Source of the DNA: a virus
Taxonomy: Duplodnaviria; Caudoviricetes
Virus record (IMG/VR): IMGVR_UViG_3300029787_000051
Location: 1 to 57,569 of that record
Reading direction: 5' to 3' (one strand)
DNA: 57,569 nucleotides
The position numbers were made by a program, and so were the translations under genes. The notes beneath the pieces were generated by a model. That model saw only the letters and a program-made list of their open reading frames with translations. It ran no database searches and was not told the DNA's origin. Of the stretch, positions 7,660 to 16,891 are shown piece after piece (position 1 is the first letter of the stretch; every line of letters begins with the position of its first letter).

Positions 7660-9694
7660 CGTAGAGAATACCGTTACACATAGGGACGGTAAGCTACACC
7701 TTGATCCATTTGAGCGCGACAATCAGCTTGTTTTGGTTGGTGTGCTTGATGATCACGACAACGAATTTCAGTTTACGTTCCATCACAACGAAGCAGATGG
7801 ATCGTTGATACCATACGAGACAGAAACACTACAAGCTATGCTTGATGATACGGCTGTACTCATAGGTCACAACATTGCCCATGATCTTCTTTGGCTATGG
7901 GAGTGCGGCTTCACGTACGATGGTCCAGTGTTTGATACTATGCTTGCAGAATACATCATGCAATGCGGTGTCAAGCAACCGCTCTCGCTTGAGGCATGTG
8001 CTGAACGATACGAACTAGACACACAGAAGCAGGATACAATGAAGAAGTATCTCGCTGATGGTGTGTCAGTTGCTGACATTCCATATGAGGAACTGTCAAT
8101 GTATCTATCCGCTGACCTCAAAGCTACATACGAGCTATGTCAGGCGCAGCGTAAGCGTTTGCACAGTAATAAGTATAACTCGTTGTGGCCTACCGTTGAC
8201 CTAACCAATGAGGTATGCGTTACACTTGCACGTATCTACCAGCGTGGGTTTACAGTTGATCGTGATCGCCTTGCTTCTGTACGTGAGGAGTTTCTGCAAG
8301 AGCATACACAAATCAAGCGTAGCTTAGATCGCCAAGTCAAACATCTCATGGGTGATACACCTGTCAACCTCTCATCGCCAGAGCAATTGTCTCAACTCAT
8401 ATACAGCCGTGCGCCAAACGAGAAGTCTATGTGGCCTCTAAAGTTTCAGCCTTATGATTCGGCTGATAAGTTTCGCACAACTGTAAAGAAAAATTCATCT
8501 CTTGTTCACAAAACTGTAGCAAAGATGTGCAAAACTTGTAATGGTTACGGTAAGGTATTCAAGAAGAAGAAGGATGGTTCCAACTTCAAGAACCGTACCA
8601 AGTGTCCTGACTGTCTTGGTGCTGGTGTTATCTACAACAAAAGCAACACCGTTGCTGGCTTACGTTTGATTGCACCATCAGCCAAGTGGGTAACGGCAAA
8701 TGGTTTCAGTACAAACAAGATACATCTTGAGGTTCTTGAGAATGCAGCACGATCAAAGGGTCTGCCAGAGGCAGCAGAGTTTCTCTCTAATGTGCGTAGA
8801 CTATCTGCGCTAGAGACATACCTATCGTCCTTCATCGACGGCATTGAGACACATCTCAAGCCAGATGGTAAGCTACATGTACGTCTTACACAACACATGA
8901 CGGCTACAGGTAGGTTCAGTGGCCGTGACCCTAACATGCAGAACATGCCAAGAGGCGGCACGTTTCCCGTCAAGCGTGTGTTTGTATCTAGGTTTACGGG
9001 CGGTAAGATATTTGAGGCAGACTTTGCCCAACTAGAGTTTCGTACAGCAGCGTTTCTATCACAGGACGAGACTGCTATGAAAGAAGTAAAGGAAGGTTTT
9101 GATGTTCACAGTTACACTGCGAAAGTTATATCGGATGCTGGTCAACCTATATCACGGCAGGAAGCCAAGACGCATACGTTCGCTCCCCTATACGGAGCAA
9201 CGGGATTTGGGCGCACTAATTCTGAGGCAGCATATTACAAACACTTCAATGACAAATACAAAGGCGTGGCACAGTGGCATAAGCGGCTGGCTACGCAAGC
9301 TCTAAACGATAGGCGCATTAGTACACCATCAGGTAGGCAGTTTGCTTTCCCCCACGTGCAGCGTAGGGTCAACGGTACTGTCAGTCACTTTACACAGATC
9401 AAGAATTATCCTGTGCAATCATTTGCTACGGCTGATATTGTTCCCATTGCATTACTTGCTATCGAAGATGGGCTTAAGATTCACGATGCACAGTCTTGTA
9501 TTGTGAATACAGTACATGATTCAATTGTTATTGACATGCACCCCGATGAGTTTGAACTCGTTAAAGGTGTACTCAAACAGGTCGAACAGAATCTTGTAAC
9601 TATGATACAGCTACGATGGGGGATAGATTTCAACGTTCCGTTGTTACTTGACGCTAAAGTAGGTGATAATTGGATGGAAACAAAGGAGATATAA
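7643..9694 (+). CDS. polA: Family A DNA polymerase with 3'-5' exonuclease and DnaJ-type zinc-finger insert
   Basis: LDVE, HNIAHD, TATGRFS, EADFAQLEFR, RQEAKTHTFAPLYG (Phe762 type), TVHDS; CKTCNGYG and CPDCLGAG. Confidence 0.96.
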   Translation: MKLVLDVENTVTHRDGKLHLDPFERDNQLVLVGVLDDHDNEFQFTFHHNEADGSLIPYETETLQAMLDDTAVLIGHNIAHDLLWLWECGFTYDGPVFDTMLAEYIMQCGVKQPLSLEACAERYELDTQKQDTMKKYLADGVSVADIPYEELSMYLSADLKATYELCQAQRKRLHSNKYNSLWPTVDLTNEVCVTLARIYQRGFTVDRDRLASVREEFLQEHTQIKRSLDRQVKHLMGDTPVNLSSPEQLSQLIYSRAPNEKSMWPLKFQPYDSADKFRTTVKKNSSLVHKTVAKMCKTCNGYGKVFKKKKDGSNFKNRTKCPDCLGAGVIYNKSNTVAGLRLIAPSAKWVTANGFSTNKIHLEVLENAARSKGLPEAAEFLSNVRRLSALETYLSSFIDGIETHLKPDGKLHVRLTQHMTATGRFSGRDPNMQNMPRGGTFPVKRVFVSRFTGGKIFEADFAQLEFRTAAFLSQDETAMKEVKEGFDVHSYTAKVISDAGQPISRQEAKTHTFAPLYGATGFGRTNSEAAYYKHFNDKYKGVAQWHKRLATQALNDRRISTPSGRQFAFPHVQRRVNGTVSHFTQIKNYPVQSFATADIVPIALLAIEDGLKIHDAQSCIVNTVHDSIVIDMHPDEFELVKGVLKQVEQNLVTMIQLRWGIDFNVPLLLDAKVGDNWMETKEI

Positions 9695-9695
9695 T

Positions 9696-10697
9696 ATGAG
9701 ACTATCAATATTAAGTGGACTGTTTAGTCTATTAGTAGTAAATGTTACCCATGCAGCAGGAAGTGATCCAATTTCTACTGTAGGTTCATCTACTGTGTAT
9801 CCATTTGCCACTGTTGTAGCAGAGCGGTTTGGTAAACTAACTAAATTTCAAACTCCTGTTATCGAATCAACTGGAACAGGTGGTGGAATGAAATTATTTT
9901 GTAATGGTGTTGGTTATCAACATCCAGATATTACAAATGCAAGTAGGCCAATTAAGAAATCAGAAAAAGAAAAATGTAAATCAAATGGTGTAACTCCTGT
10001 AGAGATAAAAGTTGGTTATGATGGTATTGTTCTTGCAAACAGTAAAAAAGGTACAAAGCTATCTGTAACGACAGATCAACTCTATCGTGCAACAGCAAAA
10101 GAAGTTTGGGATGGCTCTAAGTTTATTATAAATCCCTATAAAAAGTGGAGTGACATTGATCCATCACTTCCAGATTTAGCTATTGAAGTTATGGGTCCAC
10201 CACCTACATCTGGTACGAGGGATGCCTATGTTGAATTAGTACAACATAAAGCCTGTAAGAAATTAGGTATCAAAAAGAAAGGTGATGACGGTTACAAAGC
10301 TAGGTGTAGTGCTGTACGTGAGGATGGTGGGTACATTGAAGGCGGTGAAAACGATAACTTGATTATTCAAAAACTTGTGGGAGAACCAAAACGATATGGT
10401 ATTTTTGGTTTTTCTTTTCTTGACAATAATCTAGATCAACTTTGGGGAACTGCCATTGACGGTGTAGAACCTACGTTTGAAGGTATTGCATCTGGTGATT
10501 ACCCTGTAAGTCGGGGGCTATTCTTCTATGTTAAAAAAGAGCATATTGGTATGGTTCCCGGATTAAGTGAATACGTAAGATTCTTTGCAAGTAAACAGAT
10601 GATTGGTGAAACAGGCGCAACTGTTGATAAAGGTCTTATTCCTTTACCAGATGATGAGTACAAAGCCTTAATCGAAAAGATTAATAAAAATCTTTAA
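9696..10697 (+). CDS. pstS: Phosphate ABC transporter substrate-binding protein (AMG)
   Basis: Signal peptide; GSSTVYPF, STGTGGG, NASRPIK, GYDGIV, SGTRD, YPVSRGLFFY. Confidence 0.93.
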   Translation: MRLSILSGLFSLLVVNVTHAAGSDPISTVGSSTVYPFATVVAERFGKLTKFQTPVIESTGTGGGMKLFCNGVGYQHPDITNASRPIKKSEKEKCKSNGVTPVEIKVGYDGIVLANSKKGTKLSVTTDQLYRATAKEVWDGSKFIINPYKKWSDIDPSLPDLAIEVMGPPPTSGTRDAYVELVQHKACKKLGIKKKGDDGYKARCSAVREDGGYIEGGENDNLIIQKLVGEPKRYGIFGFSFLDNNLDQLWGTAIDGVEPTFEGIASGDYPVSRGLFFYVKKEHIGMVPGLSEYVRFFASKQMIGETGATVDKGLIPLPDDEYKALIEKINKNL

Positions 10698-10713
10698 CAG
10701 ATGCGCTTTTAAC

Positions 10714-10742
10714 TTGCCTTATCACATTCCTTGTGATAGGTT
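10714..10742 (+). promoter_or_regulatory. Possible sigma70 promoter with an inverted repeat over the spacer
   Basis: TTGCCT-N17-TAGGTT; TATCACA-N5-TGTGATA. Confidence 0.35.
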
Positions 10743-10774
10743 CATTGAACTCAACAACAGAAGGAGTCAAACAT

Positions 10775-11707
10775 ATGACATCACAAATTACAACTATCGA
10801 CACTAACGAAGCTAACTTTGCTGCAATGGCTAAGACTATGGGCATTGCAGTAAGTGAAGGTGATTCTTCTAAGAAGGAGACTAGCACCCTTCCTCGCTTC
10901 CGCATTTGGCATCAGCCAATCATGGGAGTTGCCGATGTTAAAGGCAAGAAGAAGAAGGTTGAGGTACTAGAAGGTGGAACCTTTAGACTTGAAGTTCCTA
11001 ATGGTGAAACCATCTACTCCCCAACCGCAAGCATTCGTGTGTTTATGCAACGCTATATGTATAAGCGTTTCGTAGCTAACCCGAATGCAAAAGAAGGTGA
11101 GTCACGTGGTACGTATCACAAGACTGTCATGGCAGACAACTTGAACATTGACTTGAAAGATAATCAAGGGACGTTCAACTGTGGTAAGCCAGCGGGTTAC
11201 ATCGCAGACTTCAAGGCTTTGCCTGAGAGTATGCAGGACTTGATCCGACAGATTAAACGTGTGCGTGTATTGTTTGGTGAGGTAACACTTGATAATCCTC
11301 ACGATCATAACGGTGATCCACTTGATCATTCTTCCATTCACCCGTTTATCTGGGAGATTGACAATCGTGATGCGTTCAAAACATTGGGCGTACCACTCAC
11401 CAAGATGGGTAACATGAAGCGTCTGCCCTTGCAGCACTACATTACTCTTACGACTAAGGAACAATCGTTGCCAAACGGTAACTCATTCTTCCTACCAGAA
11501 GCGTCACTTGATCTGTCCTTTAGTGAGGACATTTCAGATAGCGACCAAGAAACCTTTGCTGATTTCTTAGCATGGGTTACGAACTACAATGAATACATTA
11601 TGAGCCAATGGGAACTTAATGTAGGGCAAGAAGATGTCAGCGGAGAAGAAGCTATCGTTATAAACGATATCATCGACACCATTGAGATCGAAGAAGCAGT
11701 AGCCTAA
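10775..11707 (+). CDS. Probable ssDNA-binding protein
   Basis: Position between polymerase and exonuclease; acidic C-terminus; AAGGAG SD. Confidence 0.6.
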   Translation: MTSQITTIDTNEANFAAMAKTMGIAVSEGDSSKKETSTLPRFRIWHQPIMGVADVKGKKKKVEVLEGGTFRLEVPNGETIYSPTASIRVFMQRYMYKRFVANPNAKEGESRGTYHKTVMADNLNIDLKDNQGTFNCGKPAGYIADFKALPESMQDLIRQIKRVRVLFGEVTLDNPHDHNGDPLDHSSIHPFIWEIDNRDAFKTLGVPLTKMGNMKRLPLQHYITLTTKEQSLPNGNSFFLPEASLDLSFSEDISDSDQETFADFLAWVTNYNEYIMSQWELNVGQEDVSGEEAIVINDIIDTIEIEEAVA

Positions 11708-12571
11708 ATGCAAAACCCAGATGAACTGTCGGTGCATAAATTCTTGAATGATGTCGTAGACAATAAAGCTACGATGGACACTGAAACAATTGATATAATT
11801 GTTGAGGATATTCGGGAAGCATTGTACCGACAGTTCTCTGGCGGTGAGGATAGGTCTAAGTTTCGCTTGCGTATGTCTAACGTAGGCAGACCTTACTGCC
11901 AGCTTTGGTTCGATAAGAACAAGCCAGAGACTAAAGCACCCAAGCCTAATTCATTTGTAATGAACATGATGTTTGGGGATATCATTGAGGCAATCTTCAA
12001 AGGTGTACTACGTGCAGCAGGTGTAAAGTTTAAGAACAGTGAGCGTGTTACGCTACAGTTATCAGACAATACACAGATAGAAGGCACGTATGACCTTGTG
12101 ACAAAAGGCGTTGATGATGTTAAGTCTGCATCTGATTGGTCCTATCGTAATAAATTCAAAGACTTTGCTACGCTAGATAAAGACGATCCATTTGGCTATG
12201 TTGCACAGTTAGCAGGATACGCTAAAGCCAGCGAGGAAGGTGCTGGTGGATGGTGGGTTGTGAATAAAAACAACGGCAGCTTTAAATACATATCAGCTAA
12301 TGATATGGATGTCGCTAAAGAAATCAAAGCTGTTGAAGAGAAGAAGAAGAAACTTGATGACAACGTTTTTGAGAGGTGCTACGATGCAGTTCCAGAAACG
12401 TACCGAAAGAAAGAAACAGGAAACAAAGTGTTAAATCGCTCTTGCAATTTCTGTGATTATCGGTATACCTGCTGGCCTACCCTTCAAGAAAGAGAAGCCG
12501 TAAACTACAGCGGTTATAAGACCGCACCATTAGTGTCTTACGTAGAAATGAAAGGAGAAGTGCATGACTGA
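11708..12571 (+). CDS. PD-(D/E)XK Cas4-like exonuclease
   Basis: RMSNVGRPYC, GTYD...DDVKS, QLAGY, C-terminal CNFCDYRYTC. Confidence 0.88.
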   Translation: MQNPDELSVHKFLNDVVDNKATMDTETIDIIVEDIREALYRQFSGGEDRSKFRLRMSNVGRPYCQLWFDKNKPETKAPKPNSFVMNMMFGDIIEAIFKGVLRAAGVKFKNSERVTLQLSDNTQIEGTYDLVTKGVDDVKSASDWSYRNKFKDFATLDKDDPFGYVAQLAGYAKASEEGAGGWWVVNKNNGSFKYISANDMDVAKEIKAVEEKKKKLDDNVFERCYDAVPETYRKKETGNKVLNRSCNFCDYRYTCWPTLQEREAVNYSGYKTAPLVSYVEMKGEVHD

Positions 12572-12809
12572 GTTTGACGATCTTGACGTTGAAACGTTGG
12601 AGTCTACTGTTAAAGATTTAACTGAACAGTTGACCCTTGCTAAGAAAGCTCTACGAGAGAAACGTACAGTTGATCTACGCATGGCTATGGAAGCGAAAAA
12701 GCAAGCTGATGCTAATGTGCAGATTGAATTGCGCAATCTTGGATACGGTGCAGTAGGTGCATATAAGTTTCCTACGCACTTAAGCATGGGTAAACTCTTT
12801 GACATCTAA
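12564..12809 (+). CDS. Coiled-coil hypothetical protein
   Basis: AAGGAG SD; heptad pattern. Confidence 0.75.
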   Translation: MTEFDDLDVETLESTVKDLTEQLTLAKKALREKRTVDLRMAMEAKKQADANVQIELRNLGYGAVGAYKFPTHLSMGKLFDI

Positions 12810-13231
12810 TGCCACGGCATTCAACCTACAACGCTAAGAAAGTCGGGAAGTATAGGAGTGGCCTAGAACATTCTGTGTCCTGCAATCTTGATGAATTAAA
12901 TTGTACATATGAGTACGAGACTATAAACATCAAGTGGGAAGATTGTGTTCACCGCTCTTATACTCCCGATTTTATTTTGCCCAATAGTATAATTATTGAG
13001 TGCAAAGGTTTCTTCGGTAAGGAGCAAAGACGTAGGCATCTTGCTATACAGAAAGCATACCCACATTTAGATATTCGATTTGTATTTACTAATAGTAAAA
13101 GTAAGATTTACAAAGGATCAAAAACATCGTATGGTGGATGGTGTGACAAGCATGGCTTTAAGTATGCCGACAAGACAATACCTAAGACTTGGATCAAGGA
13201 GAAACGTAATGACAGAACAACTAAACACTGA
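12809..13231 (+). CDS. Endonuclease I (T7 gp3-like resolvase)
   Basis: YRSGLE, YTPDFIL, IECKG, LDIRFVF, WCDKHGF. Confidence 0.93.
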   Translation: MPRHSTYNAKKVGKYRSGLEHSVSCNLDELNCTYEYETINIKWEDCVHRSYTPDFILPNSIIIECKGFFGKEQRRRHLAIQKAYPHLDIRFVFTNSKSKIYKGSKTSYGGWCDKHGFKYADKTIPKTWIKEKRNDRTTKH

Positions 13232-13553
13232 AGACTTCTTTGTACAGATACGCCCACAGCTATCTGATACAAATGAATGGACAGGATCGGTTGATGTTAA
13301 TGTAGTAACAATGCCCGACAATCCTTTGAATGACGTTGACTATTATTCTTTACTAAACCTAGCCAAGTTAGTATGCTCAACCATTCCTGTAATGGAAGAA
13401 GATGATGACTTCCGTATAAAGCTAGAGCGTTGGCTTGAGCAATACGAGAACAGCGGGGGAGATTTTGCTGACGATAAAAGACTAGCTGTTAAGGGCGAAG
13501 AAGGTAACGTAGTGTACCTAGATTTCCTAACTGAGACTGAAGGGAGTGCATAA
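13209..13553 (+). CDS. Hypothetical protein
   Basis: AAGGAG SD before ATG 13209. Confidence 0.8.
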   Translation: MTEQLNTEDFFVQIRPQLSDTNEWTGSVDVNVVTMPDNPLNDVDYYSLLNLAKLVCSTIPVMEEDDDFRIKLERWLEQYENSGGDFADDKRLAVKGEEGNVVYLDFLTETEGSA

Positions 13554-13891
13554 TGAAAGAGCATTTGATTGACGTAGAAACAGCACATGCTGCTGCGGAA
13601 GTGGACAGGATGAGAGGTAAAACACAACGTGTACTGCCTTTTAAAGAAGGTGAGTTCATGCACCATGCAAAGGCAGACATGGTTAATAGCCCACCGCATT
13701 ACAACAAGTATGGTGTTGAGTGCATTGATGCAATCAAAGCTACGCTTGATACTAACTTCATAGCCTATTGCATAGGTAATGCAATGAAGTATATTTGGCG
13801 GCACTCTTACAAGGGCAAGCCCAAAGAAGATTTACGTAAGGCCGTATGGTATTTGAATCGTGCAATAGATGAGTTGCCTGATGATACTTAA
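13553..13891 (+). CDS. DUF3310 / T7 gp1.7-like nucleotide kinase
   Basis: DMVNSPPHY, ECIDAI, GNAMKYIWR, EDLRKAVWYL. Confidence 0.88.
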   Translation: MKEHLIDVETAHAAAEVDRMRGKTQRVLPFKEGEFMHHAKADMVNSPPHYNKYGVECIDAIKATLDTNFIAYCIGNAMKYIWRHSYKGKPKEDLRKAVWYLNRAIDELPDDT

Positions 13892-14042
13892 GGCATACAT
13901 CACGATTGAAGTAGACATAGAAGAATACCCGTCACCAGTTGATGGAGATATTGCCTCTGAGATAAAGGACGAGCTTACAGCTAGTGTCTATGATATCGAC
14001 GGGGTTGAGCTTAAACAGATAAACGTTTTAGGGAGTAAATAA
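13881..14042 (+). CDS. Small acidic hypothetical protein, 53 aa (MILKAYIT...), not in ORF track
   Basis: Fills the gap before nrdJ. Confidence 0.7.
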   Translation: MILKAYITIEVDIEEYPSPVDGDIASEIKDELTASVYDIDGVELKQINVLGSK

Positions 14043-14043
14043 A

Positions 14044-15948
14044 ATGACAGAATTACCTACCCCATACCAATCCTTTATTCACGTTTCACGTTATGCACGT
14101 TGGCTAGACACAGAACAGCGCAGAGAAACATGGAGCGAAACCGTATCACGTTACATGGAGAATGTAGTTGCCCCTCATGTAAGCGCACCCATAGCTGCAC
14201 AATTGGCTAATGCTATTGAGAACCTAGAAGTGATGCCTTCTATGAGAGCAATGATGACCGCTGGCGCGGCACTTAATCGCTGCCATGTGGCTGGCTACAA
14301 CTGTAGCTACCTACCTATAGATGATGTTCGTAGCTTTGATGAGACACTGTACATTCTTATGTGTGGCACAGGCGTAGGGTATTCCGTAGAGCGTCAATAC
14401 GTATCGAAGCTCCCCTTTGTCCCTGATGACATTGTGCGTATGAATGAGACATATGTAATCGAAGATAGCAAACAGGGATGGGCAAAAGGATTACGTTATA
14501 TAATGACATCCCTATATGATGGTAAGCATTTCACGTGGGATTTATCTAAGATACGTTCAAAGGGTTCACGCCTTAAAACATTCGGCGGTAGAGCATCAGG
14601 TCCAGAGCCGATGAACGATCTACTTAAGTTTGTTACAAACACATTCTATAACGCAAGAGGTCGGCAGCTTACCTCGCTAGAGTGCCATGACATTATGTGT
14701 AAGGTTGCGTCTGCCGTAATCATGGGCGGGGTACGTAGGTCTGCAATGATTAGCCTATCCAACATAGGTGATGGGCAAATGCGTAATGCAAAGACAGGTG
14801 ATTGGTACGCCCCAGAGAACCAGCCTTATCGTGGCTTTGCTAACAACTCTGCTTGCTATACAACGAAGCCTGACATTGGTTCGTTTATGAACGAGTGGCT
14901 CTCGTTGTACACTAGTAAGAGTGGTGAGCGTGGTATATTCAACAGACAGGCTGCAAAGCAGCAAGCGGCTAAGAATAACAGGCGAGATGAGAACCATGAG
15001 TTCGGAACAAACCCTTGTTCGGAGATTATCTTACGGCCTTATCAGTTCTGTAATCTTACAGAAGTTGTAGTGCGTGAGGATGACAATGAAGATACCTTAC
15101 TCAAGAAGGTGGAGTTAGCTACTATTCTAGGTACAATTCAAGCCAAGCTGACAAACTTTAAGTACCTACGTAGGGTATGGTCTAACAACACTGAACTTGA
15201 ACGCTTGCTTGGTGTGTCGCTCACTGGTATATTAGACCACCATGCGTTAGGACATGTGTGTGAAAGTACGAAAGGATTACTGGAGAAGTTAAAGGAGAGG
15301 GCCATTGAAACAAACAAAGATTGGGCCAAGATATTGGGGATACCTGTGTCGGCTGCAATCACTTGCGTCAAGCCTAGCGGTACTGTTAGTCAGCTTACTG
15401 ATTCAGCCTCTGGTATTCACCCTCGTTATAGTGAGTATTATATACGTACTGTACGTGGCGATAAGAGTGACCCCCTCACTGGCTTCCTCATTGCTGAAGG
15501 CGTACCATGCGAAGACGCTGTATCAGACCCTAGCGGAAACACTGCGGTCTTTTCTTTCCCAACTAAAAGTCCCGTAAAATCAAGGAAGCGGCATAACCTT
15601 TCGGCCATACAGCACCTAGAGATATGGAAGATGTATCAGGAGCATTGGTGTGAACATAAGCCATCTATCACCATTAACGTAAAGGAAAATGAATGGCTAG
15701 AGGTAGGAGCATGGGTATATGAGAACTTTGATATCTGTAGTGGCATCAGCTTCTTACCTTACAGTGATCATATATATGCACAAGCTCCTTATACAGAAGT
15801 GAGCAAAGCCGATTACAAAGATGCGTTAGCAAAGATGCCAAAAGACTTTAGCTTAAGTAGGCTAACTGAATGGGAATCAGAAGATGCTACGACAGGTAAT
15901 CAGACACTAGCATGTACGGCAGACTCTTGTGAAATTGTAGACATATAA
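14044..15948 (+). CDS. nrdJ: Class II (B12-dependent) ribonucleotide reductase
   Basis: YNCS, GGVRRSAMI, TNPCSEI, CNLTE, CVKPSGTVS, C-terminal CTADSC; no beta subunit gene. Confidence 0.93.
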   Translation: MTELPTPYQSFIHVSRYARWLDTEQRRETWSETVSRYMENVVAPHVSAPIAAQLANAIENLEVMPSMRAMMTAGAALNRCHVAGYNCSYLPIDDVRSFDETLYILMCGTGVGYSVERQYVSKLPFVPDDIVRMNETYVIEDSKQGWAKGLRYIMTSLYDGKHFTWDLSKIRSKGSRLKTFGGRASGPEPMNDLLKFVTNTFYNARGRQLTSLECHDIMCKVASAVIMGGVRRSAMISLSNIGDGQMRNAKTGDWYAPENQPYRGFANNSACYTTKPDIGSFMNEWLSLYTSKSGERGIFNRQAAKQQAAKNNRRDENHEFGTNPCSEIILRPYQFCNLTEVVVREDDNEDTLLKKVELATILGTIQAKLTNFKYLRRVWSNNTELERLLGVSLTGILDHHALGHVCESTKGLLEKLKERAIETNKDWAKILGIPVSAAITCVKPSGTVSQLTDSASGIHPRYSEYYIRTVRGDKSDPLTGFLIAEGVPCEDAVSDPSGNTAVFSFPTKSPVKSRKRHNLSAIQHLEIWKMYQEHWCEHKPSITINVKENEWLEVGAWVYENFDICSGISFLPYSDHIYAQAPYTEVSKADYKDALAKMPKDFSLSRLTEWESEDATTGNQTLACTADSCEIVDI

Positions 15949-15961
15949 AGGAGATATCCTT

Positions 15962-16453
15962 ATGATTAAAGAGATTAAGATAACAGACAAGATGCTCTTG
16001 TCGGCGCGTAAGAAAGCTAAAGAGCTTGGACGATTGCACAACTCTATCTCTAAAGGCAAAGGCAATCTTTGTGGATTCTTAGGTGAAGAAGTTGCCATGA
16101 AAGTCTTAAGGAATGGGGAAATTAATAACACATATGAGTATGACATACTCTTAGAGAATGGTGAAACTATAGATGTTAAGTCTAAACACACAAGTGTAGC
16201 ACCTAAAGGTCATTACGATTGTAGTGTATCAAATCATAATATAAAACAAGAGTGTGACTACTATGCATTTGTACGAGTTAAGATGGACTATACAGTAGCT
16301 TGGTTCTGTGGTATGGTACGAAAGAAAGACTTCTTTGAAGAGGCTTACTTTGCTAAGAAGGGTGAAGTTGACCCTGATAATAACTATGTTGTTAAGGCCG
16401 ATTGTTATCAACTTAAAATAGATCAGTTAAGGGAGAATGTTTATGTTGCGTAA
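15962..16453 (+). CDS. Putative PD-(D/E)XK nuclease-fold protein
   Basis: GFLGEE...YD...IDVKS...CDYYAF. Confidence 0.65.
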   Translation: MIKEIKITDKMLLSARKKAKELGRLHNSISKGKGNLCGFLGEEVAMKVLRNGEINNTYEYDILLENGETIDVKSKHTSVAPKGHYDCSVSNHNIKQECDYYAFVRVKMDYTVAWFCGMVRKKDFFEEAYFAKKGEVDPDNNYVVKADCYQLKIDQLRENVYVA

Positions 16454-16652
16454 AGGATTATCAAAATACGATGCGCCCTTAAAGATACAATACTCAAAAG
16501 GGTATAATGCTTTTTGGAGAGGTACGGATAAAGACAACTATCCTTTTAGGAATCCGTATCATCCAAACTCTATGCAGTATAGGGAATGGCAAAGAGGTTA
16601 CAACAAAGCATACTTTGAAAACAAAGAGAAGTATAATGGGCAAACGATATAA
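16443..16652 (+). CDS. Rmf/CrpP-fold-like small protein
   Basis: Y.KGY.A...G...NPY......W.RGY pattern. Confidence 0.55.
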   Translation: MLRKGLSKYDAPLKIQYSKGYNAFWRGTDKDNYPFRNPYHPNSMQYREWQRGYNKAYFENKEKYNGQTI

Positions 16653-16758
16653 CCATTGGTTTTGGCACTCAGACTTTATGCGTTGGGTATCACGTAAAGT
16701 GGGTGCATTTAATGCGTGGCTATGGAGGCAGATGTGGTCGAAGCACAGAGGGACGTAA
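16636..16758 (+). CDS. Small Trp-rich peptide
   Basis: ATG 16636; last ORF of the + arm. Confidence 0.5.
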   Translation: MGKRYNHWFWHSDFMRWVSRKVGAFNAWLWRQMWSKHRGT

Positions 16759-16799
16759 TAGGAAGTAATCTTAAAAAAGAAGCAGAGGATTTCATGGTC

Positions 16800-16829
16800 A
16801 AAAAAAATCCCCCGCAAAAAGCAGGGGAT
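16800..16829 (-). terminator. Intrinsic terminator at the convergence of the two arms
   Basis: ATCCCC.GC / GC.GGGGAT stem followed by a T run on the - strand. Confidence 0.7.
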
Positions 16830-16891
16830 AATGATAATGAGATAAAGATTCTTGTTACTATTAATGGTACTAAGGTTACAGCTAAATTGGT

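Noticed and set aside
108-16817. - strand ORFs within the replication arm (for example 8632-8973, 13343-13804)
   Set aside because: They fully overlap well supported + strand genes.
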